Positions 8,952 through 19,410 of a stretch of 64,000 nucleotides of DNA are shown here, one piece after another (position 1 is the stretch's first letter; each line of letters starts with the position of its first letter). Under the pieces are notes generated by a model that was not told where the DNA came from, made no database searches, and worked only from the letters and a program-made list of their open reading frames with translations. The position numbers were made by a program, and so were the translations under genes. The stretch comes from Terriglobia bacterium (GTDB lineage: Bacteria > Acidobacteriota > Terriglobia > UBA7540): NCBI GenBank assembly GCA_049519635.1, contig JBEKQO010000002.1:6106-70105 (forward strand), read 5' to 3'.

Positions 8952-10559
8952 ATGCCAAGGTTAACTCACAGTTTGGCGATTAAGCTGACGGCCTGCGTGG
9001 TGGGGGGCATGGCGCTCCTCTTCTCGATCTATGGGTATTGGAACCTGCGGCTGTGGCGGCAATCGCAGCAGGAAATCATCTTCCAGAGCGCCGACCGCAT
9101 CAGTGACACAATTCGCCGCAGCATCCGCTACTCGATGCTGCGCAACCAGCGCGAGGAAGTATTTCACATCATCAACACCATCGGGCATGAGAGCGGCATC
9201 AGCCGCATCCGCATTTTCAATAAGGAAGGGCAAATCAGCTTTTCCACCGACGATAAAGAGGTGGGACAGTTTGTGGATAAGAAAGCGGAGGCGTGTTACG
9301 CCTGTCACGCGCAGGCCCAACCCTTGGCGCGGCTCGACCGGCCGGACCGGATGCGCATTTACACCGTGCGCGACGGCACGAGGGTCCTGGGCTTGATCCG
9401 GCCCATCGAAAACGAGGCGGATTGTTCCAACGCTGCCTGCCATGCCCACACCGGCGGCAACCAGGTTCTGGGCGTGCTTGACACCAATGTCTCCCTCGCC
9501 GCCATGGACCTTGCCGTGGCACAGCACGAGCGCCGAGCGATAATCTTCACCGCTGCCGCGCTTCTGGTCGTAAGCCTGTTCACTGCCTGGCTGATCTGGC
9601 TGACTGTGTACAAGCCCGTACACCAGCTCACCGAGGGCACGCGCGCCGTGGCCCAGGGCGACCTGGATTATCTGCTGCCTGAGACTAGCCAGGACGAGAT
9701 CGGCAGCCTGGCCGTTTCCTTCAATCAAATGACCCAAGAACTCAAGAAGGCGCAAGCGGAAAACCGCCAATGGACCGAGACCCTGGAAGACCGCGTGCGG
9801 CAGAAGACCGGGGAACTCGAATCCGCCTATCGCAGCCTGACGCAATCGGAAAAGATGGCCTCCCTAGGTAAGTTGGCGGCGGTGGTGGCGCACGAAATCA
9901 ACAATCCCCTGGCAGGCATCCTGACTTACAGCAAGCTGGTTTCGCGCATGGCTGACAAGGGCTTCGACGAGAACCGGCGCCTGGCCGAGGCCAAAAGCTA
10001 TTTGCAGATCATCGAGGGAGAAAGCCGGCGCTGCGGGGGTATTGTCAAGAACCTGCTCACGTTCGCGCGGCAGAATCCTATCAACCCGCAGAAGAACGAT
10101 CTGAATGCCATCATTGAACGCTGCCTGCTTTTGGTAGGGCATCAGATGACTTTGCAGAACATCGAACTGGAAAAAAACCTGGCGGCCGACCTGCCCGCGC
10201 TTTATTGCGACGCCGGCCAAGTGCAACAAGCGTTGCTGGCGATCCTCATGAACGCGGTCGAAGCCCTGCCGCAAGGCGGCCGGTTGGGCGTGAAGAGCGC
10301 CTTCGACCCGGCGCGGCGCTTGGGCCGCGTGGTGGTGAGCGATGAAGGACCGGGCATCCCGCCGGAGGTCCTTTCGCACATCTTCGAACCCTTTTTCACG
10401 ACCAAAGAAGAGGGCAAGGGAACGGGTCTGGGCCTGGCTATTGCCCTCGGCATCGTACAGCAACACGGGGGAAACATCGAGGTGGTTTCCACCCCGCAGA
10501 AAGGGACGGTGTTCACCGTCCTGCTGCCGGAGGAGCCGCCGGTAAGAATTGACGATTGA
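8952..10559 (+). CDS. Sensor histidine kinase (TM - periplasmic domain with CXXCH - TM - HAMP - HisKA - HATPase_c)
   Basis: H-box 'VAHEINNPLAGI'. N/G boxes 'NAVEA', 'DEGPGIP' and 'GTGLGLAI'. A HAMP-like segment follows the second TM. CYACH is at 9294-9308 and CSNAACH at 9423-9443. Confidence 0.9.
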   Translation: MPRLTHSLAIKLTACVVGGMALLFSIYGYWNLRLWRQSQQEIIFQSADRISDTIRRSIRYSMLRNQREEVFHIINTIGHESGISRIRIFNKEGQISFSTDDKEVGQFVDKKAEACYACHAQAQPLARLDRPDRMRIYTVRDGTRVLGLIRPIENEADCSNAACHAHTGGNQVLGVLDTNVSLAAMDLAVAQHERRAIIFTAAALLVVSLFTAWLIWLTVYKPVHQLTEGTRAVAQGDLDYLLPETSQDEIGSLAVSFNQMTQELKKAQAENRQWTETLEDRVRQKTGELESAYRSLTQSEKMASLGKLAAVVAHEINNPLAGILTYSKLVSRMADKGFDENRRLAEAKSYLQIIEGESRRCGGIVKNLLTFARQNPINPQKNDLNAIIERCLLLVGHQMTLQNIELEKNLAADLPALYCDAGQVQQALLAILMNAVEALPQGGRLGVKSAFDPARRLGRVVVSDEGPGIPPEVLSHIFEPFFTTKEEGKGTGLGLAIALGIVQQHGGNIEVVSTPQKGTVFTVLLPEEPPVRIDD

Positions 10560-10667
10560 GGATTGTCGATTGTCGATTGAAAGGACGGTCGAATAACGAT
10601 GGATTGATAACATTTGACAGCGAAGTGAGATTTCTTCTCCGTCAATCGGCCATCGACAATCGACAAT
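10554..10667. repeat. Inverted array of GATTGTC-type short units flanking the four-helix-bundle gene
   Basis: GATTGAGGATTGTCGATTGTCGATTGA (10554-10580) faces TCAATCGGCCATCGACAATCGACAAT (10642-10667). A third copy, GTCAATCGAAAATCGACAATCGGCAATT, lies at 11028-11055. Confidence 0.7.
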
Positions 10668-10670
10668 TTC

Positions 10671-11087
10671 ATGACGCCAAAGGAAATGCAGGCTCGGACC
10701 AAGGAGTTCGCTGTGCGGGTGATTAAATTGGTAGATGCGCTGCCTCGAGGTCTGGCCCCACAGGTCATCGGCCGGCAGCTCATACGTTCGGCCACTTCGG
10801 TGGGCGCCAACTACCGGGCCGCTTGCCGGGCCCAATCGCGCGCCGAGTTTGCGGCCAAGCTTTCGATTGTTGTGGAAGAATCGGACGAATCGCTCTACTG
10901 GCTGGAGTTAGTGCGTGAGACGGAACTTATAAAACCTGCGCTTTTGTCGGCCCTCATCAAAGAGGCCAACGAACTTGTGGCCATCGTACTGACGTCGAGA
11001 AAAACTGCGAAAACGCATGTGCGTCCAGTCAATCGAAAATCGACAATCGGCAATTCCAAGTTGTTAGGAGCACATCATGAACTCTAA
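10671..11087 (+). CDS. Four-helix-bundle protein (23S rRNA intervening-sequence protein family)
   Basis: 'FAVRVIKLVDALPRG...IGRQLIRSATSVGANYRAACRAQSRAEFAAKLSIVVEESDESLYWLELV' is the hallmark of this family. It is wedged between the kinase and regulator genes. Confidence 0.85.
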   Translation: MTPKEMQARTKEFAVRVIKLVDALPRGLAPQVIGRQLIRSATSVGANYRAACRAQSRAEFAAKLSIVVEESDESLYWLELVRETELIKPALLSALIKEANELVAIVLTSRKTAKTHVRPVNRKSTIGNSKLLGAHHEL

Positions 11088-12432
11088 GGCCAGCATCCTG
11101 ATCGTGGACGATGAAAACGTTGTCCGGGACTCGCTGGGGAAATGGTTCGAGGAAGAAGGGTACAGTGTGGACACGGCCAATAGCGCGCGCGAGGCACTGC
11201 TGAAGCTGCCACGCCAGCGTTGGGACCTGGCGCTGCTGGACATCAAGATGCCCGGCATGGACGGCCTCGAGCTGCACCGCAAGATCCGCGAGGTCGATCC
11301 CGACATCATCGTCATCATCATGACCGGCTACGCTGCCGTGGATACCGCGGTACAAGCGCTCAAGGATGGGGCCTACGACTACATCATGAAGCCCTTCGAC
11401 CCCGATGACCTGGCCCACGTTGTCGCCAAAGCCCTCGAACATCGCCGCACGCGGGAGGAAAATCTGCGCTTACGCGAGAGCCTGGAGGAAGCTCAGGCAG
11501 TCGAGTTGGTGGGCCAGGGGCAGCCCATGCAGCGGGTGCTCGAAAGCATTCGCACCGTGGCGCCCAACGACACCACGGTGCTCATCCACGGTGAAAGCGG
11601 AACCGGCAAGGAGCTCGTGGCGCGCGCCATCCACAATTTGAGCCCCCGCCGCTTTATGCCTCTGGTCACCATCCACTGCGGAGCGCTGACAGAAACGCTG
11701 CTGGAAAGCGAGCTCTTCGGGCATGAGAAGGGCGCCTTCACCGGCGCGCAGTACCGCAAAAAGGGCAAGTTCGAAGTCGCCGAGGGGGGCACGGTCTTTC
11801 TCGATGAGATTGCCGACATCAGCCTGAAAACCCAAACCGACTTGCTGCGCGTCCTCCAGGAGAAGGAGATCACGCGGGTAGGCGGCAACCAGACGATCAA
11901 GGTGGATTTTCGTGCCATCGCCGCCACCAACAAGGAATTGACGACGCTGGTCAAAGCGGGGACCTTCCGCCCCGATCTTTACTACCGCCTGGATGTTTTC
12001 GGCATCACGCTGCCGCCGCTGCGCGAGCGCAAAGAGGACATCCCGCTGCTCGTCGATCATTTCCTGCGCAAATATTCGCGTGCCATGAACAAGCATTTCA
12101 CCAGCATCAGCCGCGCGTCGCTCGACGTCCTGATGAACTACCAATGGCCGGGCAATGTTCGGGAATTGGAGAACGCCATTGAACGCGCCATGGTGATCGG
12201 GCATCAGCCGGAAATTCAGGCCTCGGATTTCCCCCTCCAGGTCTCGAAGCCGCCCGCACCGGAGGGCAGCATGGCCCTGGAAGACGTGGAGCGCGGGCAC
12301 ATCCAGCGCGTGCTCGAAGGTTGTGACTGGAACCAGACGCGCGCCGCCAAGGCGCTCGGCATTGATCGCGTCACGCTCTACAATAAGATTAAGAAATACG
12401 GATTCCGGAAGGCGGACGCAGCCGCGCAATGA
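11077..12432 (+). CDS. Sigma-54-dependent response regulator (REC - AAA+ - Fis-type HTH; NtrC family)
   Basis: REC (DDENVVRDSL...D...K), Walker A 'GESGTGKE', the 'GAFTGA' sigma-54 contact loop, and a C-terminal HTH 'NQTRAAKALGIDRVTLYNKIKKYG'. SD AGGAG at 11066. Confidence 0.95.
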   Translation: MNSKASILIVDDENVVRDSLGKWFEEEGYSVDTANSAREALLKLPRQRWDLALLDIKMPGMDGLELHRKIREVDPDIIVIIMTGYAAVDTAVQALKDGAYDYIMKPFDPDDLAHVVAKALEHRRTREENLRLRESLEEAQAVELVGQGQPMQRVLESIRTVAPNDTTVLIHGESGTGKELVARAIHNLSPRRFMPLVTIHCGALTETLLESELFGHEKGAFTGAQYRKKGKFEVAEGGTVFLDEIADISLKTQTDLLRVLQEKEITRVGGNQTIKVDFRAIAATNKELTTLVKAGTFRPDLYYRLDVFGITLPPLRERKEDIPLLVDHFLRKYSRAMNKHFTSISRASLDVLMNYQWPGNVRELENAIERAMVIGHQPEIQASDFPLQVSKPPAPEGSMALEDVERGHIQRVLEGCDWNQTRAAKALGIDRVTLYNKIKKYGFRKADAAAQ

Positions 12433-12959
12433 GAATCCTCTCCCTAATGCCGGTTGGACGAGTTGACCGCGCCCTGCTGGAGCCTCTCGCCGAGGACCTG
12501 ACGCGGTGCCTGCGCGTGGCTTGTTCCATTCAACCCGACGGCCTGGAGGCGGAATTCGCCTTCAATCCCCTGCGCCGGCAGTATCACTCCACCGAGATCC
12601 TCAAGAAGATTCTCCAGAGGCCCGCGAGCGAAGCCTGGAAGGTATTGGGGGTGACGGAAATGGACCTCTACATCCCCGTGCTCACCTTTGTATTCGGGGA
12701 AGCACAACTAGCGGATGGCGGAGCGGTGGTCTCTGCCCATCGCCTGCACCAGGAGTTCTACGGCATGCCCACTGACCCCGGACTCCTCCACGAACGCCTG
12801 CTGAAAGAGTCCCTCCACGAACTGGGCCACACCTACGGCCTGCGCCATTGCCCGGATTATTCCTGCGTGATGAGCTCCTCCAACGCCGTCGAACGTATCG
12901 ACCTGAAGCGCGCCGAGTTCTGCCCCCAATGCGCCCAACTCGTAGGGTGCCCGACGTAG
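12429..12959 (+). CDS. Archaemetzincin-like zinc metallopeptidase (M54-like)
   Basis: Motif HELGHTYGLRHCPDYSCVM...CPQC matches the archaemetzincin signature HEXXHXXGX3CX4CXM...CXXC. The start overlaps the regulator stop (ATGA at 12429-12432). Confidence 0.85.
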   Translation: MRILSLMPVGRVDRALLEPLAEDLTRCLRVACSIQPDGLEAEFAFNPLRRQYHSTEILKKILQRPASEAWKVLGVTEMDLYIPVLTFVFGEAQLADGGAVVSAHRLHQEFYGMPTDPGLLHERLLKESLHELGHTYGLRHCPDYSCVMSSSNAVERIDLKRAEFCPQCAQLVGCPT

Positions 12960-13325
12960 AAGCAAGCGTAGCGCGGGAACCCCGCTGGTCTCCGCGGAAA
13001 TCACGCCCTCATTCGGTGCGTCTCTTTTTTCTTCAAGTTCGATTCCAAAAAATCCCCGTCCAGCGCAAATCCGGGCGCGGACGACGGGCGAGTTCTTGCC
13101 GATGCCCCCCGCGAACACCAGCGTGTCCAGTCCGCCTAATGCCGCCGCAAATGCGCCGATCCCTTTCTTAACCTGGTAACAAAACAGCGCCACTGCTTCC
13201 GTTCCCGCCGGGCGGGCCAGTTCGCCCATCAGAAACGTCTATGACAGTCCGTCAAATCCGTATCGCCGAACCCCTGCGTTTCGTAGCGGCGCGGGAGCGG
13301 CAACATTTGGGCCACGCGCGGCAGG

Positions 13326-15622
<2,297 letters not shown>

Positions 15623-15623
<1 letters not shown>

Positions 15624-16027
15624 CAGGTGGTCTTCGGTCCTCCTTCTTCAGTTCGAGATTGATTTATCGCTGCCGGAGACGGGATCGACTTCCAGGGGCG
15701 CCACAACGCCTGCGCAATCCGGCGCACCCGCCCGGTTTGCAAGGAATCATCTTGGATGGGGGTCACGTTCTCGTCAACCACACCGACAGGAAGCGATTCC
15801 CGGCCGCTGAGGTTTTCCAGTTCCAGCGAGCCGTGGCGGTTCATAATCTTCGTAGCAATATCCACGTTTTCGTTCGAACCTGTGGCGAAGACTCGGACAC
15901 TTCCACGCCGCACTCCGTGGACGTAGGCTTCCGCCTCCGGTCCGGCTGCCCGGATCGTCCCGAGTTCCCGGTTCAGACTCACCTCGAAGTCAATGTTGGG
16001 GATGCCCATAGCCCCACTGTCCGGCAT
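15623..16027 (-). CDS. Hypothetical protein, translationally coupled to glgX
   Basis: Start taken at MPDSGAMGIPN (16027), because upstream codons of the 202-aa ORF run through a repeat arm. Its stop overlaps the glgX ATG (ATGA at 15621-15625). Confidence 0.45.
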
Positions 16028-16117
16028 GTCCAGCGGCTCACCTAGAATGCGGATGTCCTTCGAGGGCTGTCCTCGACCTGCCTTTTTGTCAGCGCCACAC
16101 CGGAGCGGGGATGGAGG

Positions 16118-16162
16118 GTGAAGCCCCGCCCTTCCAGAGTTGGGGTAAGAAATCCGGGCTAA
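16118..16162. repeat. Solo arm of the family-A repeat
   Basis: GTGAAGCCCCGCCCTTCCAGAGTTGGGGTAAGAAATCCGGGCTAA matches the right arms of the composite elements. Confidence 0.6.
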
Positions 16163-16596
16163 ACCCACCCCCTGAATCCGCTCCGAACGGCCCATCTGAC
16201 TACGTTCCAGCGTTTTTGGTCGCGGGTACAACGTCTATCTCCTTTCCTTTCAATAACTCATCCGGTTTTAGGTGCAAGTGGTTTGTTTATCAGCAACATA
16301 GCCGAGCCCGGATTAGGTGGAGTCACAATTATTTCCCCAACTGGCCTATTTTCATCGGTATATATAAGATAATCGCGTAACTCCTTTATTTTCATCGAGT
16401 CATCCAGAGGGATCGAACCGGCCCCTTTGTTTTCAATGACCTTCCGGCTTTGAATGTAGAAATTTTTTTATTTTTGTGATTTCCAGGGTTCGCGCGTCAA
16501 GGTGGAAGACTTTCGTGGCGGGTAACTCGGCGCCAAACCTTCATCGCCCCCGTAGCTTATACTACTTGCCTCGTTTTGTCAAGTGGAAAAAAGTCC

Positions 16597-16965
16597 CGCG
16601 CTGACTTCGTGCAACTCATCAAACTGTACGCCGCGCCCGCCGAAGGCGAACACCGGTACTCACCTTCCGAGGTAGTTTCAACGGAGGTGGTGCCAGTCAT
16701 CGGACGCCCCGCCCCCGAGAAGATTTGCACCAGCCACGTTGAAAGATAAAACCTCACCATGCGAATGCAGATTCGCAGATTCACCCGCCTGACTAACGCT
16801 TTCAGTAAGAAGTGGGAAAACCACTACGCGGCGCTCGCTCTCTGTTTCGCCTATTACAATTTCGTGAGAATCCACAGTTCAATCCGCGTCACTCCCGCTA
16901 TGGAAGCCGGACTTACTGATCACGTGTGGACTTTGGGAGAATTGCTCGGCAAGATTGGGCAGTAA
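16597..16965 (+). mobile_element. IS1-like transposase C-terminal remnant with an in-frame stop
   Basis: '...[68 protein letters not shown]'. TAA at 16747-16749 interrupts the frame. There is no N-terminal half and no terminal inverted repeats. Confidence 0.75.
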
Positions 16966-17012
16966 ATAAAGGGTCGATTCGCAGTTAGACCTTTATCTTA
17001 ATCTCAAATTTC

Positions 17013-17040
17013 GTAGGTTTCATCGAGTAGGTTTCATCGA
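17013..17040 (+). repeat. Perfect tandem duplication of a 14-bp unit
   Basis: GTAGGTTTCATCGA occurs twice back to back. The related TTTCATCGAGT is at 16390-16400. Confidence 0.8.
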
Positions 17041-17257
17041 GTTTGCATTCGGAGGCGCTCTATGTTAGCGTGTGGGTGCTACCTAAGGGAAACCCGTTCA
17101 TCAAAACTCGGATTTCCCTTTTTGATTATTCGATCGTTTCCGGCATTAACCCGTAAGCATTCTTGGCGGAGGGTTTCGGGTTAGGCCAAATCGCACGCTG
17201 ACGCACTCCCCTAAAAGGAGTGTCGCGAGGTTGTGTGCCAAAGTCAACTGATTTCAG

Positions 17258-17749
17258 ATGCCAATCCTGTTGAGCGACGAAGAAATCGAGGAACTAGTCC
17301 TCGAACCAAAGTTGATGCCAGATGGACTTTGTACTCCCAAGATGGCCGTCAGAAACAGTCATCGTCACAAGTCCTACGAAATCCCATGCGACTCGGGTCA
17401 CTTATTCGTGGTGAAGATCAGGGAATCCTGCGTCAATCCGATGAACTTCTCTGTCATTCTCGGGAATATGCTTCCAGGCGTGTATACGGTCTTCCGCCTC
17501 AAACGCTACAATGGCAAATCTCACTTCCATTCAAATCCTTTGGAGAACGAGAAGTTTTACGACTTTCACGTTCACCAGGCGACCGCCAGATATCAAAGGC
17601 CAGGGTTCAACGAAGATCACTATGCAGTCCCGACACAGCGTTTTTGCAATCTCCAAACTGCGCTCGGGTGTTTAGTAGACGAATGCGGATTTCCACCGCC
17701 GTTTAAGGGAACTCCGCTTTTCCCGCTCGATGATGACCGAAACTTATGA
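17258..17749 (+). CDS. Hypothetical protein, first gene of an overlapping two-gene cassette
   Basis: 163-aa ORF in visibly lower-GC DNA. A stop lies immediately upstream in frame. His-rich segment 'KSHFHSNPLENEKFYDFHVHQATARY'. I recognise no family. No obvious SD. Confidence 0.6.
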   Translation: MPILLSDEEIEELVLEPKLMPDGLCTPKMAVRNSHRHKSYEIPCDSGHLFVVKIRESCVNPMNFSVILGNMLPGVYTVFRLKRYNGKSHFHSNPLENEKFYDFHVHQATARYQRPGFNEDHYAVPTQRFCNLQTALGCLVDECGFPPPFKGTPLFPLDDDRNL

Positions 17750-18519
17750 ATGTTGATTCAATCAAAGATCAATTTAAGAACCGTGTGTGCGAACAGATCG
17801 AGATTAGGCCGGAAGGCCTCAACCGATTTTTGGTCGTGACACCATTTCGATTTGGGGACGGCGACCATTTCGGAATCGTTTTGAGAAAAGAAGGGGATCA
17901 ATGGGTGCTCAGTGATGAGGCTAGCACGCTAATGCACCTATCATATGAACTGGACGAACAGGATTTTTCTGGAAATCGCGCGAGCATCATAGAAGGATCG
18001 CTTGCCGGTTTTTCAGTCGAGAACCGCGAGGGAGAATTTGTGATTCCGGTTAGCGAAGGCCGCTTCGGAGACGCGCTCTTTAATTTTGTTCAGGCGCTTA
18101 CGAAAGTCTCGGACGTTTCTTTTCTGTCGCGCGAGCGCGTCCGGTCTACGTTCTTAGAGGATTTCAGAGCCTTCCTCCGGTCCCAAGTCTCCGAGGATAG
18201 ATTGATGTTTGACTGGCGTCACGAGCGCGACCCGGAAGGAAGATACCAAGTCGATGCCAGAATAAATCATATGAAGCGCCCGCTTCTCGTTTATGCTCTG
18301 CCGGGCGAAGACAAGGTTAACGTAGCAACAATATCGCTTCACGTGTTTGAGAAGTGGGGACTCAAATTTCAATCCATTGGAGTGTTTGAGGACCAAACAT
18401 CTATATCTGGCAACGTCCTTGCCAGATTCACCGATATCTGCGAAAAGACCTATTCCAACCTTGAGGGAAACAAGGAACGTATAGCTGATTACCTCAAGGA
18501 TAAACTTGGCTCACACTAG
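17746..18519 (+). CDS. Hypothetical protein resembling DUF1828/DUF1829-type proteins
   Basis: ATGA start/stop overlap at 17746-17749. The N-terminal 'VVTPFRFGDGDHFGIVLRKEGDQWVLSDEASTLMHL' resembles the DUF1828 pattern as I recall it. This needs an HMM check. Confidence 0.65.
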   Translation: MNVDSIKDQFKNRVCEQIEIRPEGLNRFLVVTPFRFGDGDHFGIVLRKEGDQWVLSDEASTLMHLSYELDEQDFSGNRASIIEGSLAGFSVENREGEFVIPVSEGRFGDALFNFVQALTKVSDVSFLSRERVRSTFLEDFRAFLRSQVSEDRLMFDWRHERDPEGRYQVDARINHMKRPLLVYALPGEDKVNVATISLHVFEKWGLKFQSIGVFEDQTSISGNVLARFTDICEKTYSNLEGNKERIADYLKDKLGSH

Positions 18520-18577
18520 ACCTCCTTCAGATTAAGTTTTAATCATCAACGCAACTTTCCCCCACTACCGGACCCGG

Positions 18578-18668
18578 GGTAGTGTCCTAATTTGCGACGT
18601 AGCGCCGGGCTTTAGCCCGGCATGTGCCGCCCTAAAGGGCGGCGCTACATTCAAAATAGGACACTACC
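18578..18668. repeat. 91-bp three-stem palindromic element (family H, copy 1)
   Basis: Outer stem GGTAGTGTCCTAATTTG.../...CAAAATAGGACACTACC encloses two hairpins (GCCGGGCTTTAGCCCGGC and GCCGCCCTAAAGGGCGGC). It is flanked by the direct repeat CACTACCGGACCCGG (18563-18577 and 18662-18676). Confidence 0.8.
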
Positions 18669-18735
18669 GGACCCGGAGCTACGTGGACGCGCAGAGGCGC
18701 TCTGTGGTAGACTACGGACTGCCGGAGAGAGCGTA

Positions 18736-19401
18736 ATGGAAAATCTAGACTACTACGAATTCCTCCAAATCAGCCCCAAAGCCGAGCCCGAAACAATCCA
18801 TCGCGTGTATCGATTTCTGGCGGGCCGCCTTCACCCGGACAACCCGGGCACCGGCGATGCGGAAAAGTTCCTCCTGTTGAAGCAAGCCTTTGACGTGTTG
18901 TCCGATCCCGAACGCCGCGCCGAATACGATGCGACCTACAAAAAGGAAGCGCCCCAGCCTATTCCCCTATCCACTTCCATTGATTTTATGGATAACATCG
19001 ATGGCGAGTTGAACCGGCGGTTGGCGGTGCTGGCGCTGCTCTATATTCAGCGCCGCACAAACCCCTTCAAGCCGGAAGTTTCCCTGGGCGAGGTTGAAGC
19101 TCGCATGGGGTTTCCCCGCGATTATTTGTACTTCACCACGTGGTATCTCTCGAACAAAAAATACATCACTCAGGCGGACAACTCCGATTTCACACTCACG
19201 GCGCTGGGCGTGGACTTCGTGGAATCGAATCGCGCGAATGTCCCGGTCCTGAATAGATTGCTGACCAGCGGCGCGGGGCCCTCCAACAGAGATGAAGTGG
19301 CGGCGAACAAGGCCTTGATCCCTCCCCGCACGCCTCTCATTGTGCCTGCAGGTAACGGCGCATCCGAGCGGACCGGCGCAAACGGGGATAATGAGGATTG
19401 A
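18736..19401 (+). CDS. J-domain protein (DnaJ-like N-terminus, unrelated C-terminal domain)
   Basis: 'DYYEFLQISPKAEPETIHRVYRFLAGRLHPDNPGTGD...FLLLKQAFDVLSDPERRAEYD' with the HPD motif. Start at ATG 18736 (GGAGAGA upstream), because the 18622 extension is translated repeat. Confidence 0.8.
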   Translation: MENLDYYEFLQISPKAEPETIHRVYRFLAGRLHPDNPGTGDAEKFLLLKQAFDVLSDPERRAEYDATYKKEAPQPIPLSTSIDFMDNIDGELNRRLAVLALLYIQRRTNPFKPEVSLGEVEARMGFPRDYLYFTTWYLSNKKYITQADNSDFTLTALGVDFVESNRANVPVLNRLLTSGAGPSNRDEVAANKALIPPRTPLIVPAGNGASERTGANGDNED

Positions 19402-19410
19402 TGGATCACC

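Noticed and set aside
8961-12429. Long minus-strand ORFs (8961-9845, 9864-10835, 10202-10810, 11470-12429)
   Set aside because: They are antisense to the histidine kinase and sigma-54 regulator, whose domain motifs are clear. The ORFs themselves have no motifs and a low-complexity Arg/Ala/Gly composition.
16258-16395. 45-codon minus-strand ORF (MKIKELRDYLIYTDENRPVGEIIVTPPNPGSAMLLINKPLAPKTG) in the low-GC islet
   Set aside because: It has no SD, no recognisable family, and is very short. It could be a small antitoxin-like gene, but the evidence is insufficient.
16405-16425. tRNA T-arm-like fragment (minus strand GGCCGGTTCGATCCC) as a possible integration-site remnant at the edge of the low-GC islet
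   Set aside because: Only the T-loop consensus is present. The flanking bases cannot form a T-stem or an acceptor stem, and no full tRNA or second copy is seen in the window. It is too short to distinguish from chance.
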